A stretch of DNA of 64,000 nt from positions 86,738,001 through 86,802,000 of the forward strand of contig OX597814.1 in the NCBI GenBank assembly GCA_951406725.2. Direction: 5' to 3'. This DNA comes from Octopus vulgaris (taxonomy: Eukaryota). How positions within the stretch are numbered: the stretch's first letter is position 1; every line of letters starts with the position of its first letter. A program made the position numbers and the translations under genes. Below, piece by piece: positions 1 through 12,542 of the stretch. A model generated the notes under the pieces. That model was not told where the DNA came from. It did no database searches and worked only from the letters and a program-made list of their open reading frames with translations.

Positions 1-243
1 CTAATCAAAAATCTTATCAACAAACTTGGATACAGCCTAAATTTCTTTTACCTTTTTTATATTAAGCTAAGGGAAGTTAACTGGAAAGAGGAACAATAAT
101 ATTACTAAACAATTCTGGAAATGCCATTTGTATTTCTTTGTTTATTTAGCACATTAATCGGTCAGATTCAGAGCTTTAGTGAAAAGGAAGACTGGTAAAC
201 TCTGTAGAGTTTATCAACATTTAATAAATATAACTTCTGTATA

Positions 244-763
244 TGAGGTCTAATCAAAAAGTATCTGGACTGCTGCTATGGTAACAGCTGAAATATGCAG
301 AGTGGAACTGCTTGGCACAGATTGACCATGAACTCTGTCACACACGCACACTCAATTATAATGTTCTCACACTCACTTCTGTTGTTTATAGCAACGCTTC
401 AAAGTAAAGTGTGTAGAGTATGGCCACCTCACCACACCACAGAGATTCCATCAGTGACCACGGCAGAGAAAATATGCGTGTGTGGAAAGAGATGCAGCTT
501 GAAGGTTAATACAGCCAAGAATCTTACCGAAAATCAAATCCCACTTGAAAGGAACAAGATTTCAAGACGTTGAGAATGTCAGGTGAGGAAGTTGCTCACT
601 ATCCCAAAAAAAGGAGCTCCAGGAATGCTTCCATCAATGAAAACAATGATGGATAGTGTCACTTCAGAAGGGGATTACTTTGAAGGAGATTAAATGTTGA
701 ATTGATGTGTGTTGCAGTTGTCTTTTTATAGCACAAATCCCAATACTCTTTGATCAGACCTTG
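244..763 (+). mobile_element. Internally deleted mariner-family DNA transposon (MITE-like)
   Basis: Imperfect TIRs TGAGGTCTAATCAAAAAGTAT...ATACTCTTTGATCAGACCTTG flanked by TA. The interior keeps a mariner transposase C-terminal remnant (LKGTRFQD...SEGDYFEGD*). Confidence 0.8.
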
Positions 764-1653
764 TATATGCAAAGAATACTGAGGAAATAAATTAGCAATA
801 ATAGTTATGGTATTCTTGTTTCTATTCACTTTGACAGTTTTTCAGTCAACACTATAAGCATATCATGTAACTAGATTTTATAGAAGTTATTTTTTTTTAT
901 GAATATATTGCTTAGTGAATTGCATTTTATTTCAAATTTAAAATTTTACAAAAAAAAATTTAAAAGAAAGAACTATTGTAATATTATTTCATTTTGGTAG
1001 AGTTACTTAGTCAAGAATAAATTCACACATACATATATGCAAGAGAGAGAGAAATAATGCATGGCAAGTGTTCTCCTCTAAAATAGTCACGGACTGACTG
1101 AAGCCTTGTGAGTGGAATTTGGTAGATGGAAAGTGAATGAAGGTGTGTGTGTGTGTGTATCAACTATTACCTGTTTCCAAGCCTATTAAAATTTCCTCAT
1201 GACCAGACATGTTATTCAAAGAATCTAATGGCACCAGTTGTATGACAGTGTCTCTCATTTATAACAATCTCATATCAAAATGAAGAGGCACAGACACATG
1301 AATATAAGAACAAACTAGAGTTGCAGGAACTAGTGCTGAATAAACTATGTGCATGTATATGAACACTTTCATGTACACTCAAATGCAGGAAAACCATTAG
1401 TTACTGAAATGCTTTTGGGAGAAAAATTTCCTCATTGACAATATGTTGTGGAAAAACATTGGTCATAAGATGCATGCATTTCTACATTGTTGTGGTGTTG
1501 TCAGCTACAAATACCAAAACTGCTCTTCACAGCCCTGTGTATATACATATATACACACACATGCAGTCTTAATCGCATTTGAGATTATTCAATTATTAAG
1601 GTTTGAAAAAAACATGTTCATAGTAATATGATAGATACAAATAATATACTTAC

Positions 1654-1719
1654 TTGGTACTTTTTGAAAATCAAATCTGGATTAAAGTATAATTGTAGTG
1701 GTGTTATTATATCTAATTT
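1654..1719 (-). CDS. DERL2: Derlin-2, coding exon 2 (66 nt)
   Basis: On the minus strand: ttcattttcag|KLDIITPLQLYFNPDLIFKKYQ|gtaagt. It resembles human DERL2 [22 protein letters not shown] and joins exon 1 in phase 0. It is absent from the ORF track. The gene continues beyond the left edge. Confidence 0.93.
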
Positions 1720-2689
1720 CTGAAAATGAAACCACATTGATATTAAAATCAAATATATTGTTACATTCAACATTACTATTGCAAATTTTTAGAGAAGTTT
1801 AACACAAAAATGAAATGCCTATAATTCTATATCTAGTAAAATTGCAACACAGTTATTTAGAAATCATTAATAGAGCTTCTAAAATAAAGTAACAAAGATA
1901 TGGGTATTTGCTCTTAATTTAATTCAGTTTAATTATTACTCTTATAAAACTGTAGCAAAAAGAGTTTCTACCTAATCACTTAATTTGTTCAATCTACCAA
2001 ATTTTTTGCAGTCTTAAGGAGTAAAAGCCACATTTTAAATAATTTTCCTCTCACAGCTTAGTCTAAAAAGTAAAGGCTCCATGCATCATTAGATTGGAAG
2101 ATAGAGACAATTGGGTTGGGTTAATAAGTTTTAATGTTAAGTTCAATAGTTAATAGATAATAAGCATAGTGATAGTGTCACAGAAAGATGCAGTAGTTGA
2201 GGAGAGTGGGAAAAATACCTAGCAATGAGACCCTAGGTACACTCAAATAATGAGGACTACTGAGAATGATCCTTTCCCAGAGGAGCAGCTGCAGAACACC
2301 TCCATAAGGCTGAAATTGAAAACAACCCAAAATGTATAGAGAAACTGTCTAAAATGTGTCTAATTGGCTGTCTAAAGCAGTGCACTTAGAATCTCTGTAT
2401 AATGGAATGTGAAGACAAGAATTTATGGAAGCTGATTTTACAGTTAGATTCTATTTGATTAGAAGTCGTCATTAAAGAGACCAGAGAAGGTAGATTGAGT
2501 AGTGTACTTTGTCTATCTATGGGCAAAAAGAAAAGAAATATATAACAAGTTTTGAATATCTGAAATCATCAGGGAAAAAGCTCAACAAAACTGACATAGG
2601 CTACCAGGCCTGGATTACTTTGTTATCAGCAAATGAATGACCAAACTTGTAAATTTAAAATTCTAAAGAATTTTTGTTTTTGCAAAAAT

Positions 2690-4308
2690 AAGACAGGGAA
2701 AGCCCCCGGCCCATCAGGAGGCAGTGTTGGGTATAGCCTAGTCACCCGTATAGTTAACCAGGTGTTACATGAAGGAGTCATACCCAATGCTGGTGTAGCA
2801 GCACTATAGTTAACTGCTACAAAGGTAAAGGTGACGTTTTAGATACAAATAATAGCGGTATCAAGTTGTTGGATCAGGTAATGAAGGTCATGGAGAGGGT
2901 CATAGCCCATGAGATGCAGTTTGGGTTCGTACCAGAGAAAAGCACCACTGATGATGCTATATTTCTGGTAAGACAGCTGTAGGAGAAATAGCTAGCCAAA
3001 GATAAACCTCTGTACCTGGCTTTCGTTGACAAGGAGAAAGCCTTTGAGAGGGACCCCTGATCCCTTATTTGATCAATGAGGAAACTAAGGATAGATGAAT
3101 GGTTAGTGAGAGTTATGCAAGCCATGTACAGAGACACTGTCAGTAAGGTGAAGGTTGGCAAAGAGTACAGTGAAGAATTTGGGGTAGAGGTAGGGGTCCA
3201 CCAATGTTCAGTCCTCAGCCCCCTCCTATTTATCATAGTCCTCCGGGCAATAACAGAGGAATTCAAGACAAGATGCCTCTAGGAGCTCCTCTATGCTGAT
3301 GACCTTGCTCTAATTGCTGAGTCACTATCAGAACTAGAGAAGTTTCAGGTGTGGAAACAAGGATTAGAATCGAAGGGTCTTAGAGTCAACCTCGCTAAAA
3401 CCAAAGTCCTAATAAGTAGGAAGGCAGGCAAACCACAAATCCCTACAGGTAAATGGCTCTGCTTGATCTGTAGAAAAGGCATAGATAGAAACTCTATAAG
3501 ATGTACCCAGTGTAAGCTATGGAAACATAAGAGGTGCAGTAATATCAAAGAAGGCTAACTGGGAAGATAGTTTTTGTATGTGGCAGATGCTCAGGAGCAA
3601 TAAACACTGAAAATGTGCAGAGAACAACTTCCGCCACCTGTGTGAAAAGGTGCCACGCCCTAGTGGTTGAGGGAACCTGTGGAAAAGGTAGACCCAAGAA
3701 GACCTGGAATGAGGTGGTGAAGCACGACCTTCAAACATTAGGCCTCACCGAGGCAATGACTAGTGACCAAGACCTTTGGAATTATGCAATGTGTGAGAAG
3801 ACCCGGCAAGCCTATGCCAGGGGTGTAACCCGCCCACTTATGTGTACCTTTTCTTCAGTGGACACTAAACTCTGCTTGCGAAGACCTGTTGAGGCAAGTG
3901 AAATTGAAATCAAATCAGATTCGCAAATTCAATGACTGCTACCTGTGCCAGTGGAGTGCGAAGAGCACCATCCAAACGTGATCGCTACCAGAGCAGCTAA
4001 CTGGCTTCCCTACCGGTGGTACCTAAAAAGCACCATTAAAACGTGATCGTTACCAGCGTTGTCTTACTGGCAGTTATGCTGGTGGCACATAAAAAACATT
4101 TGAGTGAGGTTGTTGCCTGTGCCACTGGACTGGCCCTCGTACTGGTGGCATGTAAAAGCACCCACTACACTCTCGTTAGGAAGGGCAACCAGCTGTACAA
4201 ACTCTGCCAGATCAGATTGGACCCTGGTGCAGCCATCTGGTTTGCTAATCAAATCGCTCAACCCATGCCAGCATGGAGAGTGGACATTAAATGATGATGA
4301 TGATGATG
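2690..4308 (+). mobile_element. 5'-truncated, decayed RTE-clade LINE with 3' UTR and (GAT)n tail
   Basis: RT motifs MQFGFVP, LYLAFVDKEKAF, VGVHQCSVLSPLLF and ELLYADDLAL, then a Cys-rich region (CLICRKG...CTQCKLWKHKRC) and GRPKKTW. It has stops and frameshifts and ends GGACATTAAATGATGATGATGATG. Confidence 0.9.
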
Positions 4309-4409
4309 TCTACTTCACTGAAAATAAAGTGCCAAAATTTGGACAGATTGGTGATAGGGTTTGAAAACTGCCAAGATTGTCTCTTATTTGATAAAGTTAT
4401 TTAATAAAC

Positions 4410-4428
4410 TTAATATATACATATATAT

Positions 4429-4484
<56 letters not shown>

Positions 4485-4488
4485 AGTG

Positions 4489-4531
<43 letters not shown>

Positions 4532-4595
4532 ATACATGTATATATATGTATGTATAAATAAATATATACATATGTACATACATATATATATATAG
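4410..4595. repeat. Compound (TA)n/(CA)n/(TG)n microsatellite
   Basis: Directly visible. It produces the spurious YIYI/THTH ORFs. Similar tracts lie near 5875-6080, 9825-9865, 29068-29105 and 55436-55480. Confidence 0.95.
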
Positions 4596-5800
4596 GGAGA
4601 GTTCACGAAAAAACAAAAGACGAAGACAGGTGGTGTATAAAACAAACAGATGTATTAGTATAATGCTCAGGAATTGAAAAAAGTCTTTTACGTTTCGAGC
4701 CTACACTCTTCTACAGAAAGGGACACAGAAAAGAAACAAGGAGAGAAAAAAAAATGTGTGTAGTGGCTACCGATCTATCAAGACCTCAAAACAACACTTA
4801 CTGAAAGATAATATCCACCCTCACTTATAGACAAGGGAATTAAACGTGCCAAAAAATTAGACATAAAAACACTAAGAACAACAAAACATAACATTACACC
4901 TCATCTCAAAACATTACTATATATATATCAACACACAACCCCAGAAACAGTGAGGCATTCAACACTATTGTGCAAAATCTTCCTTTACTAACTAGAGATC
5001 CCAAAATGAACGACATCCTGAAAACACACAAATTCATGAAATGCAAAAAGTAACACAAATCGCTAAAGAGACTACTAACAAATGCGAAGCTTTATAAAAC
5101 AACCATGAAACCAACGGTTCAAGAATGTGGATGCCCAAACTGTGGAACCTGCACCACCTTACTTGAAGGCTAAGATTTCCTTTTCAAACAAGGACAGAGG
5201 TTCACAATTAAAACTAGTTTCACTTGTGCCTCTGAGAACCTAATTTATGTAATAACCTGCTCAGGTTGTGGACACAACTATATTGGACCGACAAGTATGA
5301 CCTTGAGAAAGAGAACCACTCCACATAAAGAGCAAATCCATTTCCCGCAATACAGGCAGATAACATCAAACCAAATTACACAGCCTTCCCCTTCTACCAG
5401 TGCAAAGACACAATCTCTCCACAAGAACATTTAAATAAAGAAACTTTTTTCATTGAAAAATACAGAATACATCTTAATATGCATGCATAACCAACTTTTA
5501 TCGTTTTACATATTTCAATCCACGATTACATCACTGTACATAAATCCCCTCACTAAACAAGTTTTCATAACCTTTTTTTTTTGTCTGTACATTTATATTC
5601 CCATCTCCTTACCGAAAGCTGAATAGTTATCTCCCTTGCCCACAACAATAACAATAATAACGATAACCAATTACCTCCCCTAATTTTTCTATGTGTGAAG
5701 TCATTCACTCGTAAATATCATCACACACAACATGGACAACATTTTTTCTTAAGAAAATACATATTTAATTAAGTAAACCATAATACCATGAATAGCGAAA
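4596..5800 (+). mobile_element. Penelope-like element remnant (RT thumb end, Cys linker, GIY-YIG endonuclease) with a probable inverted pLTR at its 5' side
   Basis: Translation gives YPPSLIDKGIKRA (~4812), ECGCPNCGTC (~5122) and the GIY-YIG motif NLIYVITCSGCGHNYIGPTSMTLRKR (~5237-5314). Segment 4596-4780 carries a hammerhead-like motif on the opposite strand. The right boundary is approximate. Confidence 0.85.
4685..4720 (-). ncRNA. Minimal type I hammerhead ribozyme-like motif with variant core, Penelope-associated
   Basis: Minus strand reads CUUU-CUGUAGA-A-GAG-uguagg-CUC-GAAA-CG-UA-AAAG. Stem I is CUUU/AAAG and stem II is GAG/CUC. The core has U in place of the conserved A6. Confidence 0.55.
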
Positions 5801-5870
5801 GCAAAACCAGTCAATATATTAAATGTTATATTAAAACTATGTAAAGTGTGTGTATTTTCCTTTTTTAATT

Positions 5871-5917
<47 letters not shown>

Positions 5918-6011
5918 GACATATATCATCATCATTTAATGTCCGCTTTCCATGCTAGCAGGGGTTGGACAAATGACTGAGGGCTGGCGAACCAGATGGC
6001 TGCACCAGGCT

Positions 6012-6045
<34 letters not shown>

Positions 6046-6379
6046 CGTTTATATATATATATATGTGTGTGTGTATATGTATATACATATAAACAGATGT
6101 GTGTATTTTTCTCTGGTTAAGAATTAACACAGAAAAAATAGATAAATCGTTACCTGGGTAGAAAAAAATCACACAAGAAAAAAGGTTGTAACCCCTTGTT
6201 TTTAAAGGTAGAAACTTCGGCTTTACGTGAAATATTTTGTATAATATATATAAATAAATAAACGGAGTTAAACACAGGTGTTATTCAAATTCTTTTACTA
6301 ATGACATATTTGGAATATATATCACTGGTATTATTCCAAAGGAATAAAATGGTGTAAAACAATGTAATCTTCTTTCATC

Positions 6380-8075
6380 ATTTTGTGTTAAAATATCTTA
6401 TTGACGAGTTTCATTTCTTCATTTCTCTGAAGAGAAGATTACATTAAGATTATATACTTGCTCTGACGTGTAACCCCCACCAGGAATTATTTTCTTCAAC
6501 TGCTCAAAATAATTAGCAGCAGCTTTTGTATCAGCACTGGCAGCTTCATTAGTCAATTTTAAGTTGTGCAAATTCAAGTGCTTCTTAACCCTTTCGTTAC
6601 TATATTTCTGACCAATGAGTTTCAATTAAATTCTAAAATAATCATGAATCTAGGCTTGTTTCATTAAATAACTGTAACTTTTTTACTTATCAACATATTA
6701 ATGTGATATTTGGAACATAATTAAAGAAAGGGTTCTTAATCAATTCTATTGCATAACTTTTGTCTCAAAGTGACTTTAATTACAGGTTAATCCAGGTAAA
6801 TTGAGCAAAAGGTAAAAATATTAAAATTTTAAAATGAAGAAAAGGTAAAAATATTAAAATTTTGTTTAAACATCACCATAGAAAATGAATCATCAGCTAA
6901 TATTCAAATGGGTATGCAACAAAATTTTGATAAAGAAGAATTGTGCACATCACTATATAATCAGTTGAATTTAATGCACAACAGGTGTACCATAAAGGTG
7001 GAATAAACTGAAATATTGGAATCCACTGTAAGTTTGACCGAACTAAAGAAATCGGTCAAAAAATAATATACGGCCCTGGTTATGGTATGGAAGTGATAAA
7101 TTCCAGACCACATCGTTCCCTAGACCATGCTGACTAACATTATTTTCCCTGTATAAAAACTAAATCCACACAGTACCCAGTATTTGTTTCACAAATTTTC
7201 CGAAATTTGAACCTCCATTTTGTGTTTGTTTACATTTTGCGTAAGTTTGTTTCCGCATTGATCGCTTCAAACAATAACTTCCAGACCACATCATACCCTA
7301 AGCCATGCTGACTAACATTAGTTTCCCTGTATAAAAACTAAATCCACAACAGTACCCAGTATTTGTTTCACAAATTTTCCAATTCGGAATCAATGCTTGA
7401 TAACATGAAACTCCTATCTATTTTCAAAGTTGAAGAAAAATCGATGCTGAAAAAAATGTGGAAAAAAATCTCCCAAAATTCAGGGAATTAAAATTACACG
7501 TCAATCTTCGTACAAAACTGTAGATGAACTGTTTACGAAGCATAATCACGTGTTTTCAAGAATGTACTAAAGAGATTTGCTCTGATATTCTCATTTAAAT
7601 ATGAATAGGTAAATTCGGGCGGGTTTGGTCACATTAACCAAAATTTTTTTCAAGCAGCTTTGGGCGGTTTGGTAACAAAAGGGTTAAACCTTTCAAACCA
7701 GTTTTTTCTAACCAGAAAATAATTTTCATTAGAAGTTTCACCATCCTATTTCTGAAAATCATCATACAAACTTTTGGATTTTTTAAATTACCATTGTGCT
7801 TATTGGCATGTGTCAAATCTGATACTTGATCTATACACTAAAGGACCAATCCATTTTAAGTACTACACTAAATCTATGAAAAGTGTCTGAACATTAATAG
7901 AGTAACCTCTTGAATATTTGATTTAATTTTCTCTCTATTGTCCTAAATTCTTTCAACTATGTAAAGATTACAAGATTTCACATTTGGCAATGTGGCTGAT
8001 TTTTCTTTCTCCTGCATCAAAATTTTTAAAACATCAAGTTTAATATCTAGTGTAATCCTTTTCTCAGACGTTTAG
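6380..8075 (-). mobile_element. Tigger/pogo (TIGD1-like) transposase remnant, split by a piggyBac-type insertion
   Basis: EKRITLDIKLDVLK (~8065, psq-like HTH). After removing the insert, the sequence reads NWFERFKKHLNLHNLKLTNEAASADTKAA...GGYTSEQVYN. Confidence 0.85.
6589..7683. mobile_element. Non-autonomous piggyBac-type element
   Basis: TTAA target duplication at 6585-6588 and 7684-7687. TIRs are CCCTTTCGTTAC...GTAACAAAAGGG. No transposase is present. Confidence 0.85.
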
Positions 8076-9274
8076 AACTGTAGGAAAATCCAATCAACAA
8101 TTAGCCACAATTAATATGTAATAAAAAAAAAATAGCACCTGGATAGTAGTTTTGTGAAAGTAAAAAATTGCTATCTTATTCCTATGGCTGTAAGAATGGA
8201 AATGAGAGGATGAAAAGGGAAAGAGTGAGGTGGGAGGAAGTCTGTATGATTATAATTAGTGGAAGAGTTACCAGGTTCATGAGCATTTTTCACTCTGCAC
8301 CCATTTCATACTCTGTTATAGTGACAAAAAAACCTATGTAGTTATGGATATTGTTATCCTCACTGATACTATTGTCACTGCTGTAGTGTCAGTGGTGTTG
8401 TTTGTATTGGTTTTCATGTTGGCAATGGTGGTGGCCCTAGACATATTGTTCTTGTTAATGGTATTATTGTTGTTTCAAGTCAATTCTCATTGACCTAAGA
8501 TCAGACATTTCATTCAACATTTAAAATACACAAAGGTAATGCATTTTTTTTTTAGATTGTGTTATCTTGTTTATACTATTGTTGCTGTTGTTGGTCATTT
8601 AATGAGTTAGTGGATTAGAAATGGTGGTGGGTTGTATTGGTTTTGGTGGTGATACTGGTTGTGTTGGTATTGATGATAAACAGTGGTAATGATGTCATTA
8701 CAAGAAAATACAAAAACAAATACTCATAGTGAAAAATTCTGTCACACTCTGAGAGTGTTTATAATGATACATACACAAAACATTTTCACACACCTACATA
8801 CATTTATGTGTGATTTGTATGTGTGTATGTAGATATGCATGTATGTATTGTGATAATAGTTTTTCAAATTACTAATAACTTTTATCTCAGCTAAAACACC
8901 AAGAAGCAATCCTTTGGCTAGGAGAAAAGCATACTTTTAAAATTCTTAGAATTTATGAGTTTTCATGTGAGAAATTACAGATCACATCCTGAAATTAATA
9001 GTCATACTTTACAATTTACGTAAGCAATAAATCCTGTAATCTGAGGTAGCTGTAACAAGGGTGATGTGCATGTGTGAGTGTACGTATAATACATATATGT
9101 GTGTGTGTGTCTATATGAGTTAGAGGTTAAACAACCATCTAAGGGATAATAAATATCCTATATACCACTGGATGTATACCTATATATTTATATCCAAATG
9201 CTTACTGTTGTAAGGCAACAAGCACAACTGAATAATAGGTATGAGTGGAGGTAAACTAAAGTTTACCCAGAGTT

Positions 9275-9822
9275 TATAAGGCAAAGAAGAAAATAGAGAA
9301 GATAATTAGTTGACAAACATCAGCTACAAAAAAATCAACTGAATCTATTTATTAATTACAATCATATACATAAAGAAATAAATAAACAAACAGATAAATA
9401 AGAATAAATGGGTGATTAAAATTTTCCTCTTACAGCTGTTTCTATTTTGGTGGTCCAGCATCCCTCATTAATTAGAAAAATAATGTAGTCTCACAACCTC
9501 TAGATATTATCTTGGAATTTACTTCTTTACCATTTCTTACTATTTTTATTATTTTTTATTTTACTTCTTTACATGTTTGATTCTTAACATTACAGACTCT
9601 CTGATGAAGCTTTGGGGCTCAATTATTGTTCAACCTTTGTGCAATCTCAGTATAATATTGGTATGATGTGTCAACTATGGCATGCTGGCCCCACAAAGTA
9701 GAAACAACTGTAAGAGGAAAATTTTATTCACCCATTTATTCTTATTTATTTCTTTATCCATATGATTGTAATTAATAAATAGATGTTTGTCAACTAATTA
9801 TCTTCCCCCATTTTCTTCTTTG

Positions 9823-9829
<7 letters not shown>
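9275..9829. mobile_element. Long inverted repeat typical of Penelope inverted pLTR remnants
   Basis: Left arm ~9275-9461 and right arm ~9682-9829 are reverse complements with indels (e.g. AAGGCAAAGAAGAAAAT/ATTTTCTTCTTTGCCTT). The element contains a hammerhead motif. Confidence 0.8.
9597..9716 (+). ncRNA. Type I hammerhead ribozyme motif, Penelope minimal type with a long stem II loop
   Basis: CUCU-CUGAUGA-aGCUUUGGGGC...GCCCCacAAAGUa-GAAA-C-AACU-GUA^AGAG. The inverted arm keeps the palindromic form GAAACAGCTGTAAGAG. Confidence 0.7.
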
Positions 9830-9867
<38 letters not shown>

Positions 9868-10054
9868 TCTTTTATTTGTTTCAGTCACCTGACTGCAGCT
9901 ATGCTGGAGCACTGCCTTTAGTCGAATAAATCGACTCCAGGACTTATTCTTTGTAAGCATAGTACTTATCTTATTGGTCTCTTTTGCTGAAATGCTAAGT
10001 TACAGGGACATAAACACACCAACATCAGTTGTCAAGCGATGGGTGGCAGAACAA

Positions 10055-10089
<35 letters not shown>

Positions 10090-10260
10090 CGACGAGCTTC
10101 TTCCAGTTTCCACCTACCAAATCCACTCACAAGGCTTTGGTTGGCCCAAGGTGCCACGCAATGTGACTGAAACAGGAACAATGTGGTTGGTAAGCAAAGA
10201 ACTTACCACACAGGCACTCTTGCGCCTATAGCTTACCACACAGCCACTCCTGCACCTATA
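9868..10260 (-). mobile_element. tRNA-derived SINE (octopus OK/OR-like)
   Basis: tRNA-like head on the minus strand (AGGCGCAAGAGTGCCTGTGTGGTAAG), an internal microsatellite and a tail of the CTCCAGCATAGCTGCAGTC type. The same family recurs at 17093, 27770 and 48505. Confidence 0.75.
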
Positions 10261-12442
10261 TATATATAAAACTAATTAATGAATGAGAAAAGAACAAGAG
10301 TTACATAATCACCTTCATTAGTTTATAGCTGTTTCTTCTCTAAGAAGCAATACACTCTGAACTGCATGCTTGTGTAACGACTTATAGTTTCCTCGGAGCA
10401 TTGAGGACAATGATTTTTAAAGCACAAACAATTGTAAGCTGACGGAAATGACTATATAATTCTTGTTCTTTTGTTATTCATTAATTGATGTTATGCTCTG
10501 TACTTTCCTGACTTTTACTGTAAAGCATAAGTTTATTGAGTTCTAACAACTAGCTATTAGTATAGCTATGCCAAAGAGAAATTGCGTGTGTACATACAAA
10601 CACCACGAAAGAGAGAGGGGAGATTAAGGATTCCCTTTTAGTGTACTTAAGTGCCCCTCACCTGCAGTAACTAAAAACTTTGGTAAATTTTAGGAAGTAC
10701 CCAAAATTTAACGAAACTTTTGGTGAACGTTATAATAAATCCTCGCTTATATATCGCATTTTATTAGTTATGTTAGAAATGTTCCTAGTTGAACTACTTG
10801 CTGTTATGTTGTGAATTACTTGCCTCAGAACATGTTGATCAGAAATGTTGACTTAAGTGCATTTATAATGATTTCTAAATGAAATAATAGACGAGAGGTG
10901 CTTAATATTCGTCTCTGTATTTTCCTGTAGTATATTTATTTTTGCCCGAAGTAATCATACACTTTTGTTGTGTGACAACCTGAACAAAAGAAAAGATATT
11001 CTATATGCTCTTCTGTATTGTGACAGTATTCGTTTATATTTAAACCTAATGAGTAGAATATAATTAAAGGCATTTCATCTAGGACTATAAATTTCGTTTA
11101 TTATTTTTTCAAGACGTAGTGTGTGATAATGGGAAAATCTGACTGATGTTTCTAGTATGTCAAGCGATTATGTAGAGGATTTCTCGTCGACTCATTACAG
11201 TATTCGATTATTGTAAAAGCGGAACTCTAAATAGGTACAGAGCTGAAGTACTATTAGATATATGAAATACATAGATGAGTTATTTGATCTTTATAATACA
11301 ATTGTAATAATATATAATAACTCACAGAAAATCTGTTTTCTTTATGATAGCTTGTGATTTGAAATTTTGCGTCACATGTAACATTGTGCATTCAATTGGA
11401 TCTTACAGAACCAGACTTGTACACAACCTAAAAGTTATTAAATGGAATTCCTAGGTTGATGTCATAGGTTCATGTGATATTGGAACCAACACGATGTCAG
11501 GTACACGAAGATATACACGCAGAACAGAAATGTACTTTTGGTTAACTTCTATTTTTAAGAACGTGAACTGTTTTAACCCCACAAACTGATAGTCCCTCGA
11601 TAGAAGTTTCAAGAAATTTAATCGCTCTTATTTTGTTTTGAAAGAAAAAAACTTTAAATCAAGTTTGTTGATGACGTAGTGAGCTATAATAAAATAATTA
11701 TATCAATTAGAATTATATTTGTTATTACTGGATTTACCTAATCACTGTTAAGATACATCTTCAAAACAATTCAAATATAAGGTACTGTGATTAAGTGCTT
11801 TCTTATAAAGGAATGAAACAAGAATTTTCCAAAACAGGAAGTAGGAAATTACGATCTTTGTTTTATGTATCTAAATGATCATTGAATTTTATTTCAATGT
11901 GCAAACTCCGAGTTTCCAGATGAAAAGGTAGTACAGATCAACAATTGTGTTATTATATAGATATAACACTCACACAAACATATCTCATCTAACACATCGC
12001 ACATGCATATTAAAAGGTGAGCTTTGAGTTTAACACTTCGCTTACACTATTATCGAACAAACTGAAGGATTGATTTGGTTAATTCAAGACTAAATTGTAA
12101 TCCCAAGAGTCCAGAAATTGTCAATAGCAAATAATAACTACACGGCGTTCCCCTCCCCCTGCTTTTCCAGCTGACGAAAGTCTGTGGGGTTATATATACC
12201 TATAGAAGGAACTAGATACATATAGGTATATACTTATATATATAACCATCTGGATGGATATTTAAAAAACAAAACAAGTGATTAACACACTGAATTACTT
12301 AAAAAGCACATAATTATAAGATTTGGCTAAAACGTAAACATATGAACAAAGGTAACAACACACTTTCAATAAATTGCTATTCTACAACTTAAAAAAACAA
12401 GTAAATTAGGAAAACTGTAAACCCCTGATAAAAAATACTCAC

Positions 12443-12535
12443 AACAGCTATTGTAGTGAGGACACATGCAGTTGTATAAGCCCTAGTTATAGGGGGCATC
12501 TGCATGTATTCTTGCTGAAAAGTTTGTGCTGCCAT
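12443..12535 (-). CDS. DERL2: Derlin-2, coding exon 1 (93 nt)
   Basis: ATG at 12535, [31 protein letters not shown]|gtgagt. It resembles human DERL2 [31 protein letters not shown]. Invertebrates have one Derlin-2/3 ortholog. Confidence 0.95.
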
Positions 12536-12542
12536 TGCTGAG

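Noticed and set aside
4397-4645. YIYI/THTH low-complexity ORFs, and similar ones at 55338-55580
   Set aside because: They are translations of dinucleotide microsatellites.
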